The notes beneath the pieces were generated by a model, which did not search any database, was not told where the DNA came from, and saw only the letters and a program-made list of their open reading frames with translations. The translations under genes and the position numbers were made by a program. Of a stretch of 64,000 bases of DNA, positions 40,141-52,365 are shown one piece after another; position 1 is the stretch's first letter; the number at the start of each line of letters is the position of its first letter. Source of the stretch: Raillietiella orientalis (lineage: Eukaryota); the NCBI GenBank assembly GCA_036172245.1, contig JAYWIR010000010.1, positions 62,001 through 126,000 of the forward strand. The letters run 5' to 3'.

Positions 40141-40610
40141 CCGACACCAATGGAGGAGAAGAATCAGGTGCTCGACACACCGACACGTCCGCCTCCTAGC
40201 GTCCCGCCTTAACAGGTGGCGGACGCTAGGAGGGGACGGCTCCTGGAAACCCAGGAATGGATCTCCTGCAGCCCAACGAACTTTGAAGCCTGGCGGCAGG
40301 AACTGTTGCATGTCTGGGCAAAGCACCAGGATGTTTCCTTCCTGGAACTCCGTTGCGCTCACCTCTCCCCGTACTGCACGGTGGATGAGGTGTGCAACAG
40401 CCAGGAGGTGTGGACCCGCCTGGCCGTCACCCCCCTCGCCGACGCACTGTCAGCCCTCAGGGAAAGATATGACATCTGCGAACCGGCGAGATGGGAGGTC
40501 GCCTGCACTATCGCAGGAACAACACGACCTATTGGCGGCTGGAGGACTTGCGAGCTGGCGGACGCCGCCATGCCTCGCCACGTTCCGAAGGGACTCCTTC
40601 GGTGGAGTGA
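40141..40610 (+). mobile_element. Tx1 family E-like ORF2 fragment
   Basis: WISCSPTNFEAWRQE..LRCAHLSPYC. Confidence 0.85.
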
Positions 40611-41236
40611 ACATCTCCGTTGCTTGGTCTTCGGAGATTACGTGGATCTCCTGGAGTAGCACCAGGTCGAACGATGCCAGGGTGGAGGCCACGTCTCGTC
40701 TCTTGCCGTCGTCGCTTAGACCGTTGACGTTCCAACAGGCAATTCGCAGACGGCGGCAAGAGGCGATTCCCGGCATTAAGGCTGGGAACGTGGCGTTGCA
40801 GCACCTGTCAAGGGACAGGTGGAAGTAACGAGTAAGGGGACCGCGGCCATCTCAGGCACTTGAATCACCTGGGGCACAGACTCTACCCTTTCCCTCCCCC
40901 CAGGGTCGCAGCGTGGGGTCACCTCTGGAGGAGAGTCCCCGGAGTTCCCCACTTTCTTCGCACGCTCGCTTCACTCGATTATCTCTCCCTTTTCCACGGA
41001 AGGGATAATTTTGCGGGTAGCCTTCTTCGTGCGACTGGCCTTCGGGCGGGAGACCGCGATGCCGCAGGCTGTTTTCCGCCTCTGCGTCAGAGTTCGGAAT
41101 CTCCGACTTCTTGATCGAGGTCGGACGCCTTAAGGTGTTTTTCGCGGATTTGGGGGGACGCTGCAAGGAAGCAGCGAGCTCCTCCGCTGCTCGCTCAAAA
41201 GGGACGTCATCGAGCATGCGTTCGACGACGACGCTG
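40611..41236 (-). mobile_element. Element A' (A-like): ORF1 3' end and APE start; upstream part lies at 47455-48642
   Basis: SVVVERMLDDVPFERAAEELAASLQ, then MPGIASCRRLRIACWNVNG. Confidence 0.85.
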
Positions 41237-44200
41237 GACGGATGTGTTCTGTGTTGCTCCTCGAGCGTGATTTCTTTCCGTCTTCTTGTGTGAGGTGTGC
41301 CCGAGTGCGTCCACTGGGATGTCCACGGAGGCCCTGCAGCAAAAGATGGATGTGGAGGCTGCTACTGGCAGTGGACACTCTACTCCAGATGCCCGGTCCG
41401 CCTCTGATTCTTGTGTCTCGCCACCGGCGAGAAGCTTCGCCGCCGTCGTCAAGGCGGCGGCAACCAACGGAGCACCGCCCGACGAAGCGGAGCTGCAGGC
41501 ATATGCAGCCCATGGCTACAAGCCTGCTCTCTGCTATCCGGTGAGTGCTGCAATCTCCGACGGGGTCGGAGAAAATTTATGGGACGAGCTTTTGCGCGTC
41601 GGGGTCCGACAGGACGACCTCCTGGCCGTCATGCCGGTTAACGCGCTCGGACACTGGGAGGTGCATTGCAAAGAGGCATCCCTAGTCCAGCGCCTCCTAC
41701 GCACCCCGCTAAACATACGCGGGAAGGAGGTCGTCCCGTCGGCCATGGACCAGTCGTTCGTGGTCCGATTGTCCGCCGTCCAGGTGGACACGGCCGATCG
41801 CGTGCTCGTCGGTGCACTTAGTGCATTCGCCACAGTGCATGCGCTGTGGAGAGCAGACAATCCGATCAAAAGGATTGCATCCCTCCACAGCGGATTAGCC
41901 ATGGCGCTTGTCACTATGGCGAATAGGAGACAAATGCCTCCGCACTTGCAGGTGGGCGATGCGATCGTCCACCTTAAATTTGCCGGTCAGCGACCGGCTT
42001 GCGGCATTTGCGGTGCAGAGAGCGACCGTCCGTGGACGTGCCCTTCACGCAACTGCCGCTATTGTAAACAGCTCTGACACTCCATCAAAGAGTGTGCCGA
42101 GCTGAAGAGAAAGCGGCAGGCGAAAAGCCGCCAACAATCTACCCCGTCCGCGCCGAAAAGATTCCCCGTTGTGCCACGGGAGAAATCGAACGCAAAGGGC
42201 GGGGCATCATCGAGTGGCGGTCCCGCGAAAAAGGGCGCGGTTGCTCTACGGACGCCACCATTTCACACAGCCACGCCGACGGGAAAGATGCCACGTCGCC
42301 CTGGGGCAAATCGCCTCCTTCGAAGCAGCCCAACAGTGCGGGCACGCACTCAATGAAGGCTGCTGAACCGTCCGCGTCCCTTTCCGCGTCCAGCGGAACA
42401 CACGGGAAACCGTGCGCGAGCTCCCTTGGAACTGCCTCTGAACGGCAGTCTCCTCCTACGGCGGCGAAGATCACGTCTTCCACGCCGAAGGCACGAGCAG
42501 CGAGGGCTGCAATAGCGCCTCGCGCGACGGCGACAATGACCGCCGTTTCGCCCGCACCGGCTAAGGAGCAGGTGCAGCGCGTAACGGGGACGGAGCCGTC
42601 TCCCGTCGCGAGCGCGAAACGTGAGCCGGCATCTCCGGCCAAACAATTGAGGGAGGCGTCGGACTCCCAGGAGGGCGTCCCCGACGCGGGCTGGACTTGC
42701 GTCTACAGGACGCCCACAAAGGGGAAGAAGAAGGTTGACCCTTCGATATTCCCCATCCTTAAGGTGGGTGGGAGGCAGAAGAGAAGCACGCCGAAGAAGG
42801 TGCGTACCCAGGTACGCACTACGGCTGCGTGCTCTTCTCTGTCGCTTCGCGCGAGAGGGCGGCTGCGGAAGCCAAAGCACCGGAAGCTGCGTTGGCGACT
42901 GCGACGACCCCCGCGCGGGCAGGGCAAGCCTCCACCTGCCGAAACAAAAGAGACAGGCAAATCGCCAGTCTCGCGCCAGGCACTCGGACTCCGAGGTGGA
43001 GTCCGAGTGCAAACAAATGGAGCGCGCATCCCGGGGTAAGCCGGTAGCGCGCCATGCTGAAGTGCGAAAGCACGAGCCTGTTGCCGGAGGCGGTTCCGGC
43101 TCCTGCACGGAGACCGAGGCGATGATCCTCGGCTCCCAGGACTCAGCTGGGCGCGATGTGGCGGCGAACGGGAGCGATTCCGCTTCCCAATCCGCTCTCC
43201 TACCAGCTGACTTCTCGCCGGACGGGGCGAGGAGCACGCCGTCATGTCCGCAGCAGTGATGCGTGCACTCGCGTCCGCTCGTCGCTTCAGCGTGGCCTGT
43301 TGGCATATGAACGGGCTACGTGATGCTGACAAAAGGCGGACGGTAGCCAACGCTTTGCGCGCTTTCGATCTGGTGCTGCTGCAGGAGATACATAGCATCT
43401 CCGAACGGCAGGCATCGGATCTGGAAGAGCGCGCGAGCGGGACGCTACACTGGCGGCAAGGCTCCGCGCACACGTGCGGAGTCGCGTTCCTCGTCCGAGG
43501 CAGGGTGGCGGAGGCGGTGCGGTACGTTTGTTTCGAGGAGGAAGGTCGTGTGGGCCAACTTGTCCTCAAGTGGTCCGAATCGATCGACCTGGTCGTTACG
43601 AACATCTACGCGCCGAGCGGCGGCCGGCATTACGCCCAGCGACTCGCATTCCTGGGTGGCCTGCGCAGCCGCTGGCTCGCTGACTCCGGCCCTAATGTGG
43701 CGCACCTCCTTGCAGGAGACTTCAACTTCCACCTGCTAACAGAAGAGAGATGCCGCTTGAGGGAGAAGCAACTGATGAGCAAGGTATGCGCGTCCGTGCG
43801 CGTGCAAAACTTGCTTGCTGGTGAGCCCGGGATGGAGAGATCGCCGGACCATGCGTTCCTCGGTGAACACCTGCTCTCACGAGTAGGTCGGAGAGGGCGC
43901 CTGCTGTCCGCGATTTCGGATCATACGAGACTGGAGTTTGAGCTCCTCCCGCCTGGCAAAGGGCCTCCGATGAATGTCTGGAGGTAGCCGGCCGACTGGC
44001 TTAGCAATTCGGAGGCGGCGGAGCATCTTCGCCAGCATCTCGAGGGCTTCGCCATCCGTGAACTCGAGGATTGGGACGATCTGAAAAGATCGGTCCGCGA
44101 GTTCTGCTGCCGGTTCCCCTTGCACCTGCTTCCCCGCGGCTTCGGGGAGGGTGTCGTGAACATCAGATCCTATCTGCAGGCGCGTACCTTCTCCCGATGC

Positions 44201-47200
44201 CCGGACGTCCGGCGTCTGGCGGGGTACAAGGCCAGGGACGAGCGCCAGGTTTGGCAGTCTGGAGCGGCTTGTCTGCTCGATGACGCTGGCCAGGAATGCT
44301 CGGCTGCAGCCGAAGTACACCGCGTAGTCAAGGGCTACTACTCCTCGTTGTACGCGGAGGAGCCCACGGAACGCAGTCTCTCCGAGCTGCTTCTTCCGAC
44401 GGGTAACCCTGCTATCGACGAGGAGGAACGCGCCGGATTGGAATGGTCCTTCACGGCGGAAGAAGTAACTTCCGCCATAGCGGGCCTGAAGAGGCGTTAG
44501 GCGCCTGGGGAGGATGGCCTGCCCGCGGAGTTCTTTCAGTGCTTCGCGGCGGAGCTCGTCCCCCTGGTGCTAAGCCTTTCCTCGCTGATGCGTTTTGAAC
44601 CCGGTTGCTCCGGGACGTTTATTTGTAAAAACGAACCACAATCTTCAAAGCAAATTCATCCTTTCAAGACACAAGAAACGCCCATACAGAAAGTTCAGTT
44701 CAGAAAGATCACCGGCACGCAGGTTGCCTTCCAAAAGAAAGGAACGGAGGGAGAGGGATACAAAATAAACAAAACATAGGAGAACAAACAAAAAAACAGT
44801 GGAGGGTGGGGTCAGGGATCTTTGGTAGTAAACGTTCCTAATCTTTCTAGAAGCGCTGTTTGACAATGGCGACTTCCCTGGAGACTTTTCTGGGCAGATG
44901 AGGCCACCTGACAGCTGCTTTCATAAGGTTCGCAGCGATTCTGGCGGCGTCCGTTCGCTGCGAGTTTCCTTCTAGTTTACGGCGGGCGATCACGATGGCG
45001 CGGATCCTCGCTGATGCATGAGACGGGAGATGTTCCCGCTTCTGTCCGCTCAGCAAAGGTGCGGCTCCTGCCGAAAGGCGGGGATTTGCGACACCTCAGC
45101 AAGTGGCGTCCGATCACCTTGGTGAATTCGGACGTCAAGTTGTTCTCGAAGCTATGGGTCGCGCGCACGGGGAGAATCGCGGAGTCCTTGGTAAGTCCGG
45201 AGCAGACGTATGCTGTTCCGGGGCGGTCTATGGACGCGAATCTCTTCTTCGCGCGAACATGGTTCGAGTTGCAGCAGCGCGTGGCGCAGCAGAGCCAGGT
45301 AGCCGAAATCGCCGCTGCCAAAGGTAAGCGGCGGTGTTCAAGGCACGATGGAAGGCCGGGAGCCTTAGCAGTCGGCGTTGATCTCTGCAAAGCGTTCGAC
45401 AGCGTAAACCAGGACCTCCTTCTGGAGCTTCTAGGACGCCTAGGCCTCCCGACGCACCTCATCGCCTATTTGCGCTCCTGCTCACGCCACGCGTTATGCT
45501 GTATCTCTTTCAGCGGGCGCCACGTGTACGGCATTCCCATACGGCGAAGTATCAGGCAGGGAGACAGCTTAAGCCCCCTGCTCTTCAGCATCTTCTTTGA
45601 GTTGGTGCTGAGGGCGTACAGGCTGACGCTGGCCAACCTGCCGAGCTCCTGCCCGGGAACACCGGCCGTGGCCGCCTATGCTGACGACGTTCTCCTGCTG
45701 CTGCCCATGTCCACCCCGGCGTCCAGGCTCGAGGGCTTCTTCGAGCTCATTCGTCGAGGAGCAGGCCTGAGCGTCGACAGGACGAAATCAACCGTTACAC
45801 CGGTTGGCTCTACGTGGGAGGGGCAGTCCGACTGGATCCACCTGGGGATCCCCATGGGCAGGTGCTTGAAGTACCTCGGCGTTCCCTTGGGCGCCTTTTG
45901 TCCAGCAGAAGCGTGGTCGGACTGCCTTCACAAGGCCGAGACTGCTCTGGGCCCGTTCCATGGAGGCAGGTTTCTCCTGTCGGAACGGGCCTTCGTGTGG
46001 AACATTTTTGTTGCCCCCCTCCTCCGTCCCCTCTTTTTTGTTTGTCCCCCTCCCTACTCGGCTAAGCGCCGGGCGCAACACCTTTTGCGGAACGCCCTGT
46101 GGGGACCAGCGAAGTCCAGGATACGCCTCAAGGACCTGGCGGCTCCTCGGCGGGATGCAGGACTGGGCATCCTCACGCTGGAGCGGATCGGACTGCTAGT
46201 GCAGTTCCGCATGCTGGCACTTTGTGCGCAGCTCTGGACTACTCCCTGGTGTGCTCTAGCGCGGCTGCTGCTGCGGCGCTGCACGGGTGGCGACGGACTA
46301 CGTTCGTTGCATCTGCGCACGGAGCGCGCCCAGAGAGGATTCGGCTTCCCTTTGAAGCAGCTCGCCACGCTTCTGGGAAAGCATGAGTGGATCTCCTGCC
46401 GGCCGACGAACTTCAACGCCTGGAGGCAGGAAGCCTTATCGTCCTGGGCAGCGCAACAGGATGTGTCCCGTTTTGAACTCCGTTGCGTGAACCTTTCCCC
46501 ATACTGTCCAGTGGGGGAGGTGCTGGAAGACCAGGACCACTGGACACGCCTATCCGCTACGCCACTCGCCGAAGCACTGTGTGCACTGATGGTGCGAGAC
46601 GACAGTGACCTGCCGGCGAGGTGGGAGATCGCTTGCGAAATCGCAGGCGAAACCCGACTGCTGGGCGGCTGGCGGACTTGCGAAGTGGCAGACGCTGCCA
46701 CACCTCGCCTCCGTGCCAAGGGACTTCTCCGGTGGAGTAAGCTCCTCGGGGTGCCCACTGATGAACTTGTGGTCTCTTCTGCGTGTTTGGACGCGACTCT
46801 CTTGCCCCTTCGGTGGAAACAGGACGCTTTTCTGCAGGTGCATTGGGGTTTGTACTGCAACCAGCGGGCGCACCTGATTTCCGGGGGAGTTGCTTCCCCG
46901 AACTGTGACCAATGCGGAGCGGTGGAATCGCTTCCGCATTTGCTGTTTGAGTGCGGTGTCCTCCAGGAGCTGTGGCGGAGGCTGTCTTCAGCGCTCCTGC
47001 ACCCTGGACACACCGCACTGAATTGGATGCGCCGCTTCTACACGCGTGGAGGTCTTTCTCTTGGAGCGGTCGTCGCAATCAACTGCTGCGACCGCGCCAT
47101 TGTCAGGGCCCGCCACGTATTGCAGAAGCGAGCAGTCCCAACATCGGTCCCCGACACCGCAGCCTACAACCTTCAAATGGCTGCCGGGTGGCCACACCTG

Positions 47201-47454
47201 GGAGCAGAAGTGAGGACGGAGATCGGCGGCATTCTCCGCCGGTTCTGAGAATAAAAACGGTTAGACGGCATACCCCTGTCCCCGCACTCCCACCCAATTT
47301 ATTTATTTATTGTCCCACTCCATCCCGTTCCGAAGTCTCAGTGTGCCCGGCCTGGATTCCGGGAAATCTACTCCCCATTTTCTGTTCCCCTTGCCTGGGA
47401 ACACAGTTCCCGGTTGATATTATAAATAAACGTCCCGGCGCAACCAAGTAATAA
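41237..47454 (+). mobile_element. Tx1 element E, full length with stop codons, inserted antisense into ORF1 of A'
   Basis: 5' motif GGATGTGTTCT; ORF1 knuckles; APE from about 43259; RT and zinc finger to 47248; 3' motif at 47425-47454; TSD ACGA(CG/TA)ACGCTG at 41225-41236 and 47455-47466. Confidence 0.9.
44592..45004 (-). mobile_element. 5'-truncated Tx1 inserted antisense in the RT of element E
   Basis: Perfect 13-bp TSD TCCTCGCTGATGC at 44579-44591 and 45005-45017; 3' motif on the minus strand at 44593-44623. Confidence 0.92.
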
Positions 47455-48642
47455 ACGATAACGCTGCATTCTTTAATCTGCTCGCTTGCCTACTGTTTTT
47501 TCTTGCGGTACGCGAGCTTTTTCTCCAATCTCCTCTCCTTTTTTGTCATTTTGGCCGTTGCCACCTGCCACCCAGGCTCCTGGCTAGTTCCCTCGACTTG
47601 TTCGGCGTTGTTCGCCTTGGTCTCGGGTGCGGCCTGGGCCTTGGGCGCGGGTGGCACAGCTTTCGCGGCAGCTTTCGCCGCCAGCTTCTTCTGCAGCAGC
47701 CGGGCGCGTTTTTTAAGGTTTCTCTTGGAAACCACCCGCACTGCTGCTTTAGGGCACACCTCCCTCGTGTGACCCATTGTTCCTCATACTTGGCACTGCA
47801 CATTAGGACACATCTTTTTGAGGTGGCCCGACGTATTGCAGAAGCCGCAGTATTTCGGCTTCCCCACATACCAGAGGTCTACGGTTTCGCCTTCGACCAC
47901 CAGTTTGTGGGGAAGGGTGCAGCCCTCCCGAACGGTCACGCGCGCAGCCGTGAGGCCGTGCTGCATCCCCGTGTAGTCCTCAAAAGGACTAACCTTCGGA
48001 CACTGCGCGTGGACCGTACCGTATTGCTCCAGCGCGGCGCGAACCAGTTCTTTGCCCATCCGCGCGGTGACGCCTAACAGGTGGACCACCATGCTGCGGT
48101 CCCCCGTAATGGGGAGGAGCCTGCGCGTCCCCATCACAACGGGGATTTTAAGTAGTCGTTGGGCCAACTCTGCTTGTTTGCAGATGACCTCAACGTACTG
48201 CCCCCCGCTACGGATGGTCATAGCGCTGAGCTCCTCCTCTTTCACATCGAGAGCACGCATGTCCTTCGAGAAGGCGCGCGCGCTCTCTAAAGAATAGAGA
48301 TTGCCTACCTTGTAGAACAATGAGGGGTTATACCCCTCCTCACATAGGCCGACAATTCCGCCGCGGCTGCCGGCGATGGCGCCGACACAACGGCGCTCCA
48401 CGCCCGCGCTGCAGCGGGGACCGATTCTGTGGGGGCGCATGCCCCCACCTCCATCGCCTCTGGGGGCGACGTTGCCGCAGGCCCCTGGCTCTCCATCGCC
48501 ACTGGGGGCGGCGTTGCCGCTGCCCCCTGGCCATCCCTGGTGCTCGCGTCAGGCATCGCTGCCTGATCGACCACCGAACCACACGACTAGGGGAGACTTC
48601 TTGGCACGAGGAGCACCGAGAAAACACGTCCGCCCTCGAGCG
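47455..48642 (-). mobile_element. Element A' 5' end and ORF1
   Basis: Closely similar to 28070-29270; same 5' motif. Confidence 0.92.
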
Positions 48643-49015
48643 CATAGGGCGTTCGACTGCGTGGACCAGAATCTCCTGTTGGTGCTCCTGGGTCGCATGG
48701 GCTTCCCTCCCTCCCTACTGACCTACCTGTGCTCTTGCTGGCGCAGCGCGCTGATTAATATCTCTTTCAGAGGTCAAATGCCGTACGGCGTGCCGGTACG
48801 GCGGGGCATACTGCAGGGAGACAGCCTTAGTCCCCTGCTCTTTAGCACCTACTTTGAGTTGGTGCTGAGAGCGTACAGGGTGACTTTAGCCCCCTTGCCG
48901 AGCTCATGCTCCGGCACGCCAGCCGTAGCAGCTTATGCCGACGATCTTCTGCTCTTGTTGCCGATGTCCACCCCGGCGAAGGCGGTCGGAGGTTTCCTCG
49001 ATCTGCTCAACCGTA
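48643..49015 (+). mobile_element. RT fragment that is the target of A'
   Basis: AFDCVDQNLL..QGDSLSP..YADD. Confidence 0.88.
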
Positions 49016-51036
49016 GGACAACGCGTCAATCAATATTGGTTTGAGCGGCCGGCACGTGTACGGCCTGCCCGTACGCCGCGGCATCCGGCAGGGTGACAGC
49101 CTGAGCGCCTTGCTCTTCAGCATCTACTTTGAGTTGGTGCTGAGGGCATACAGGGTAACTCTGGCAGCCCTGCCGAGCTCGTGTGCCGGCACGCCTGCCG
49201 TGTCGGCCTATGCAGACGATCTTCTGCTGCTGCTTCCCGGGTCCACCCCGGCGAGTGCACTCGAGGACTTCTTCGAGTTGCTGCGCCGCGGGACGGGCCT
49301 GGAGGTGAACAGGGCGAAGTCGTCCATGGTCTTCGTCGGTTCGGCGTGGGCTGGACGGTCGGACTGGATCCGCTTGGGGATCCCCACGGGCAGGTGCTTC
49401 AAGTACCTCGGCGTACCGTTGGGGGACTTCTGCGCAGCAGAAGCCTGGTCCGACCGTCTCCAAAAGGCAGCGTTGGCGATCGGTCCGTTCCAAGAAGGCA
49501 AGTTCTACTTGCAGGAACGGGCCGCGGTGTGGAACGCGTTTGCGGCTCCCCTCCTTCGCCCCCTACTTTTTGTTTGCCCCGCCCCTTATTTTATTCGAAA
49601 ACGAGCAGCGGGCCTCCTGAGGACAGTCCTTTGGGGCAAAGGGAGGTCCCGTGTGAGGCTCAAAGACTTGTGCGCTCCACGTAAGGACGGTGGACTTGGC
49701 GTACTTACGCTGGAGCGCATGGAACTGCAACTTCGATTCAGGACTCTCGCCTTTGCGGCAGAATTGTGGGACACGCCTTGGTGCGTTCCAGCACGCCTTC
49801 TGGCCCAACGAGCCTGCGGAATCGGCGGACTCTTGTCGTTTCTGTCTGCGCGCGTCTGCAGAAGACCATACTGTGGCTCTATGCTGCGACGCATCTTGGT
49901 TGCGGTTCGGGAGAACGCCTGGATCTCCTGCCTCCCAGGGAACTACTCCGCCTGGTTGCACGAGTCAGTTTCCACCTGGGAAAAGATCCACGTTCCGGCG
50001 GGCACAAGGAACACTTGTATGAAAAGGCACGCCCGCTGGACGCTGCAGGAGATCGTGCAGTCCCACGACAAGCTTCTGTGGGCCTTGATAACCCCCCTCG
50101 CCCCAGTGCTGCCCTTCCTTGTGAATGCCAGGGACAGTAGCGAGCAGGGGAAATGGACCGTGTCCTGCACTATAGGCGGCAGGACACAATCGATAAAGGC
50201 GTGGACATCTTGGCAGCTAGCTCACGCTGCGACGCCGAGTGTCCCGCCCAACGGAATTCAACGCTGGGGCGAGCTACTCGGACTATCTCCGGAGGAGATG
50301 AAGTGGCCCCCAGCGTCCTGGAACAGTGCATCCCTCCCCCTGAAATGGCAGGATGTGGCGTTGCTTGTGGTACTCTGGGGATTACCATTCAAAGCACGCC
50401 TGCACCACACCACCCGGGGGGCTGTGGATCCCAATTGTGACCGGTGTGGGGAAAAAGAAACATTCCCCCACCTTCTCCTTGGATGTAGCGCCCTCCGCCC
50501 TTTGTGGGATCGTCTCGCGGCGATCCTGGACTTGCGCGGATGCGGCCCAAAGGACGTTTTCAGGCGCCTCTTCTGTAGTGACGCCTTGTCCCCGCCCGCT
50601 AGTGTAGCAGTACTCTGCTGCACCAGAGGAATAGTGGCGGCTTGGAACGCCACCAGAAGAAGGCGCCAGCCAACCGGCAACGCCTTACACTGGACTCGCC
50701 TTTTCGCGCGCAGTGTCAGCAAGTGGCGCCACTTGGGCGCTGAAAGGACTCAGCTTGTGCGGATCCTGAATAGGATCTAGAGGACCTTTCCACGCGCACC
50801 GTGATCCCTTCCCGGCCCTCCCACCCCTACAACATTTGTTCCCTCCCCCACATTTGAACTTTTTGTTTCTTTTTGTTTTCCTTTATTTCCCATCCTCGCG
50901 CATCGGAAGGACCTCTCCGGCATGGAGTCGGTAACCAGCAAGCTGTTTTGGAGTGGTGAACCTTCGAGTTCGCCACGCGATATTTCATGTATTTTTATTT
51001 CCAACAAATAAATGCCCCGGCACATCCGGGTGTGAA
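49016..51036 (+). mobile_element. Tx1 family F, 3' half (element D)
   Basis: ORF 49041-50780 covers RT to zinc finger; near-identical to 58375-60380; 3' motif at 51007-51036. Confidence 0.93.
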
Positions 51037-51048
51037 TTGCGACGGCGC

Positions 51049-52277
51049 TCCTGAGAGGGTGGACGTGCTTTTGTGGTGCTCCGCGTTTTTCTCGCGAGTG
51101 TTTTCGGAGTTTTCAGGTTTGAGCGGTTGTTCCTGGGCAGGGATGCCCGAGGACGCCGCAAAGACGGCGGAGGGGGGCGAGCGAGCCTCGTCCCCCCAGC
51201 CCATGGATGTGGGGGCCATCTCCCCCACGGAATCGTCCCCCGCCCCGGCGAGGGCTTGGAGCGCGGTGGTGGCGGCGCCTGCGCCGCCCCCCGCAGAGGA
51301 ACAGCGGGCTTACATGGCCGACGGGTATAACCCGGCCTTGTTATACAAGGTAGGTGGCCTGTACTCCCCCGCGGTATTACGGTCTTTCGCGGCCGAGTTC
51401 AAAAAATTAAAAGTCCCGGAGGACGAAGTCCTCGGACTTTCGGTTAGGAGTGGCGGGCAGCTGGTTGAGCTGAACTGCAAGTCTGCAGGGATGGCTCAGC
51501 AGCTGCTCCGCCTGCCGGTGACCGTGAACGGTCGAAGAATCTTCCCGTTCACGGCGGACAACTCCATCGTTGTCCACCTCACCGGTATTACGATGAGAAT
51601 GGCTAAGACCGCCGTTCGCGAAAGTTTGGAGAAGTTCGGGACGGTCCACGCGTTGTGGGCAAAACCCAATGTCCTGGGTTACACCAGGGCATTCAGTGGT
51701 TACGCCGCTGCGCGCGTGACGGTACGTGCCGAGGGTGGGCTACCCCACAGACTGCAGGTCGGGGAGGAGGAGATCGACCTGTGGTATGCGGGGAAACCCG
51801 TATACTGAGGCTTTTGCCAGGTGTCGGGGCACCTGAAGAAGAAATGCCCCAACATCGTGTGCTTGGGCTGCGGCGGAAAGGGGCACATCAGGCGGATGTG
51901 CCCCAACAGAAAAAGGTCAGTTCCTACAGGCGCGAGGAAAGCAGACACGCCGAAGGAACAGGACCGGAGCCACGAAATGGCAGAAACCCACCCTGCCGAC
52001 CAACCCGCTGCTCAGCCATCCTCCAGCGAACAACCAGCTGGAGAAAGCGCCGAGAATGAGGAAGGTTGGCAGAAGGTGGAGAAGAAGAAAAAGGCGCCGA
52101 AGAAGGAGGTCAAACGGATCAACAAGGCGGCACCGCTGAAGAAGAAGCAGGTGATCCGCGCTTGTTCGGTGAAAATCGAACGCGTATCGGTCATAAAAAC
52201 CGCGGAAAAAATAGCGGTAAAACCGATCGATACCGTCGAATCCGCGCCGATCGCGCCCGCCGTGACGTCACCGCGGT
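51049..52277 (+). mobile_element. Tx1 family F, 5' part with partial ORF1
   Basis: 5' motif at 51061; ATG at 51143; stop codon in the first knuckle. Confidence 0.88.
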
Positions 52278-52365
52278 GAGTGGACGTGTTTTTTCGGTGC
52301 TCCGGAAAACCGTCTGTTTTTGCTGGTGTTTGTGGGTTTTTCAGCGCGGTTGTTCCTGGGCAGAA

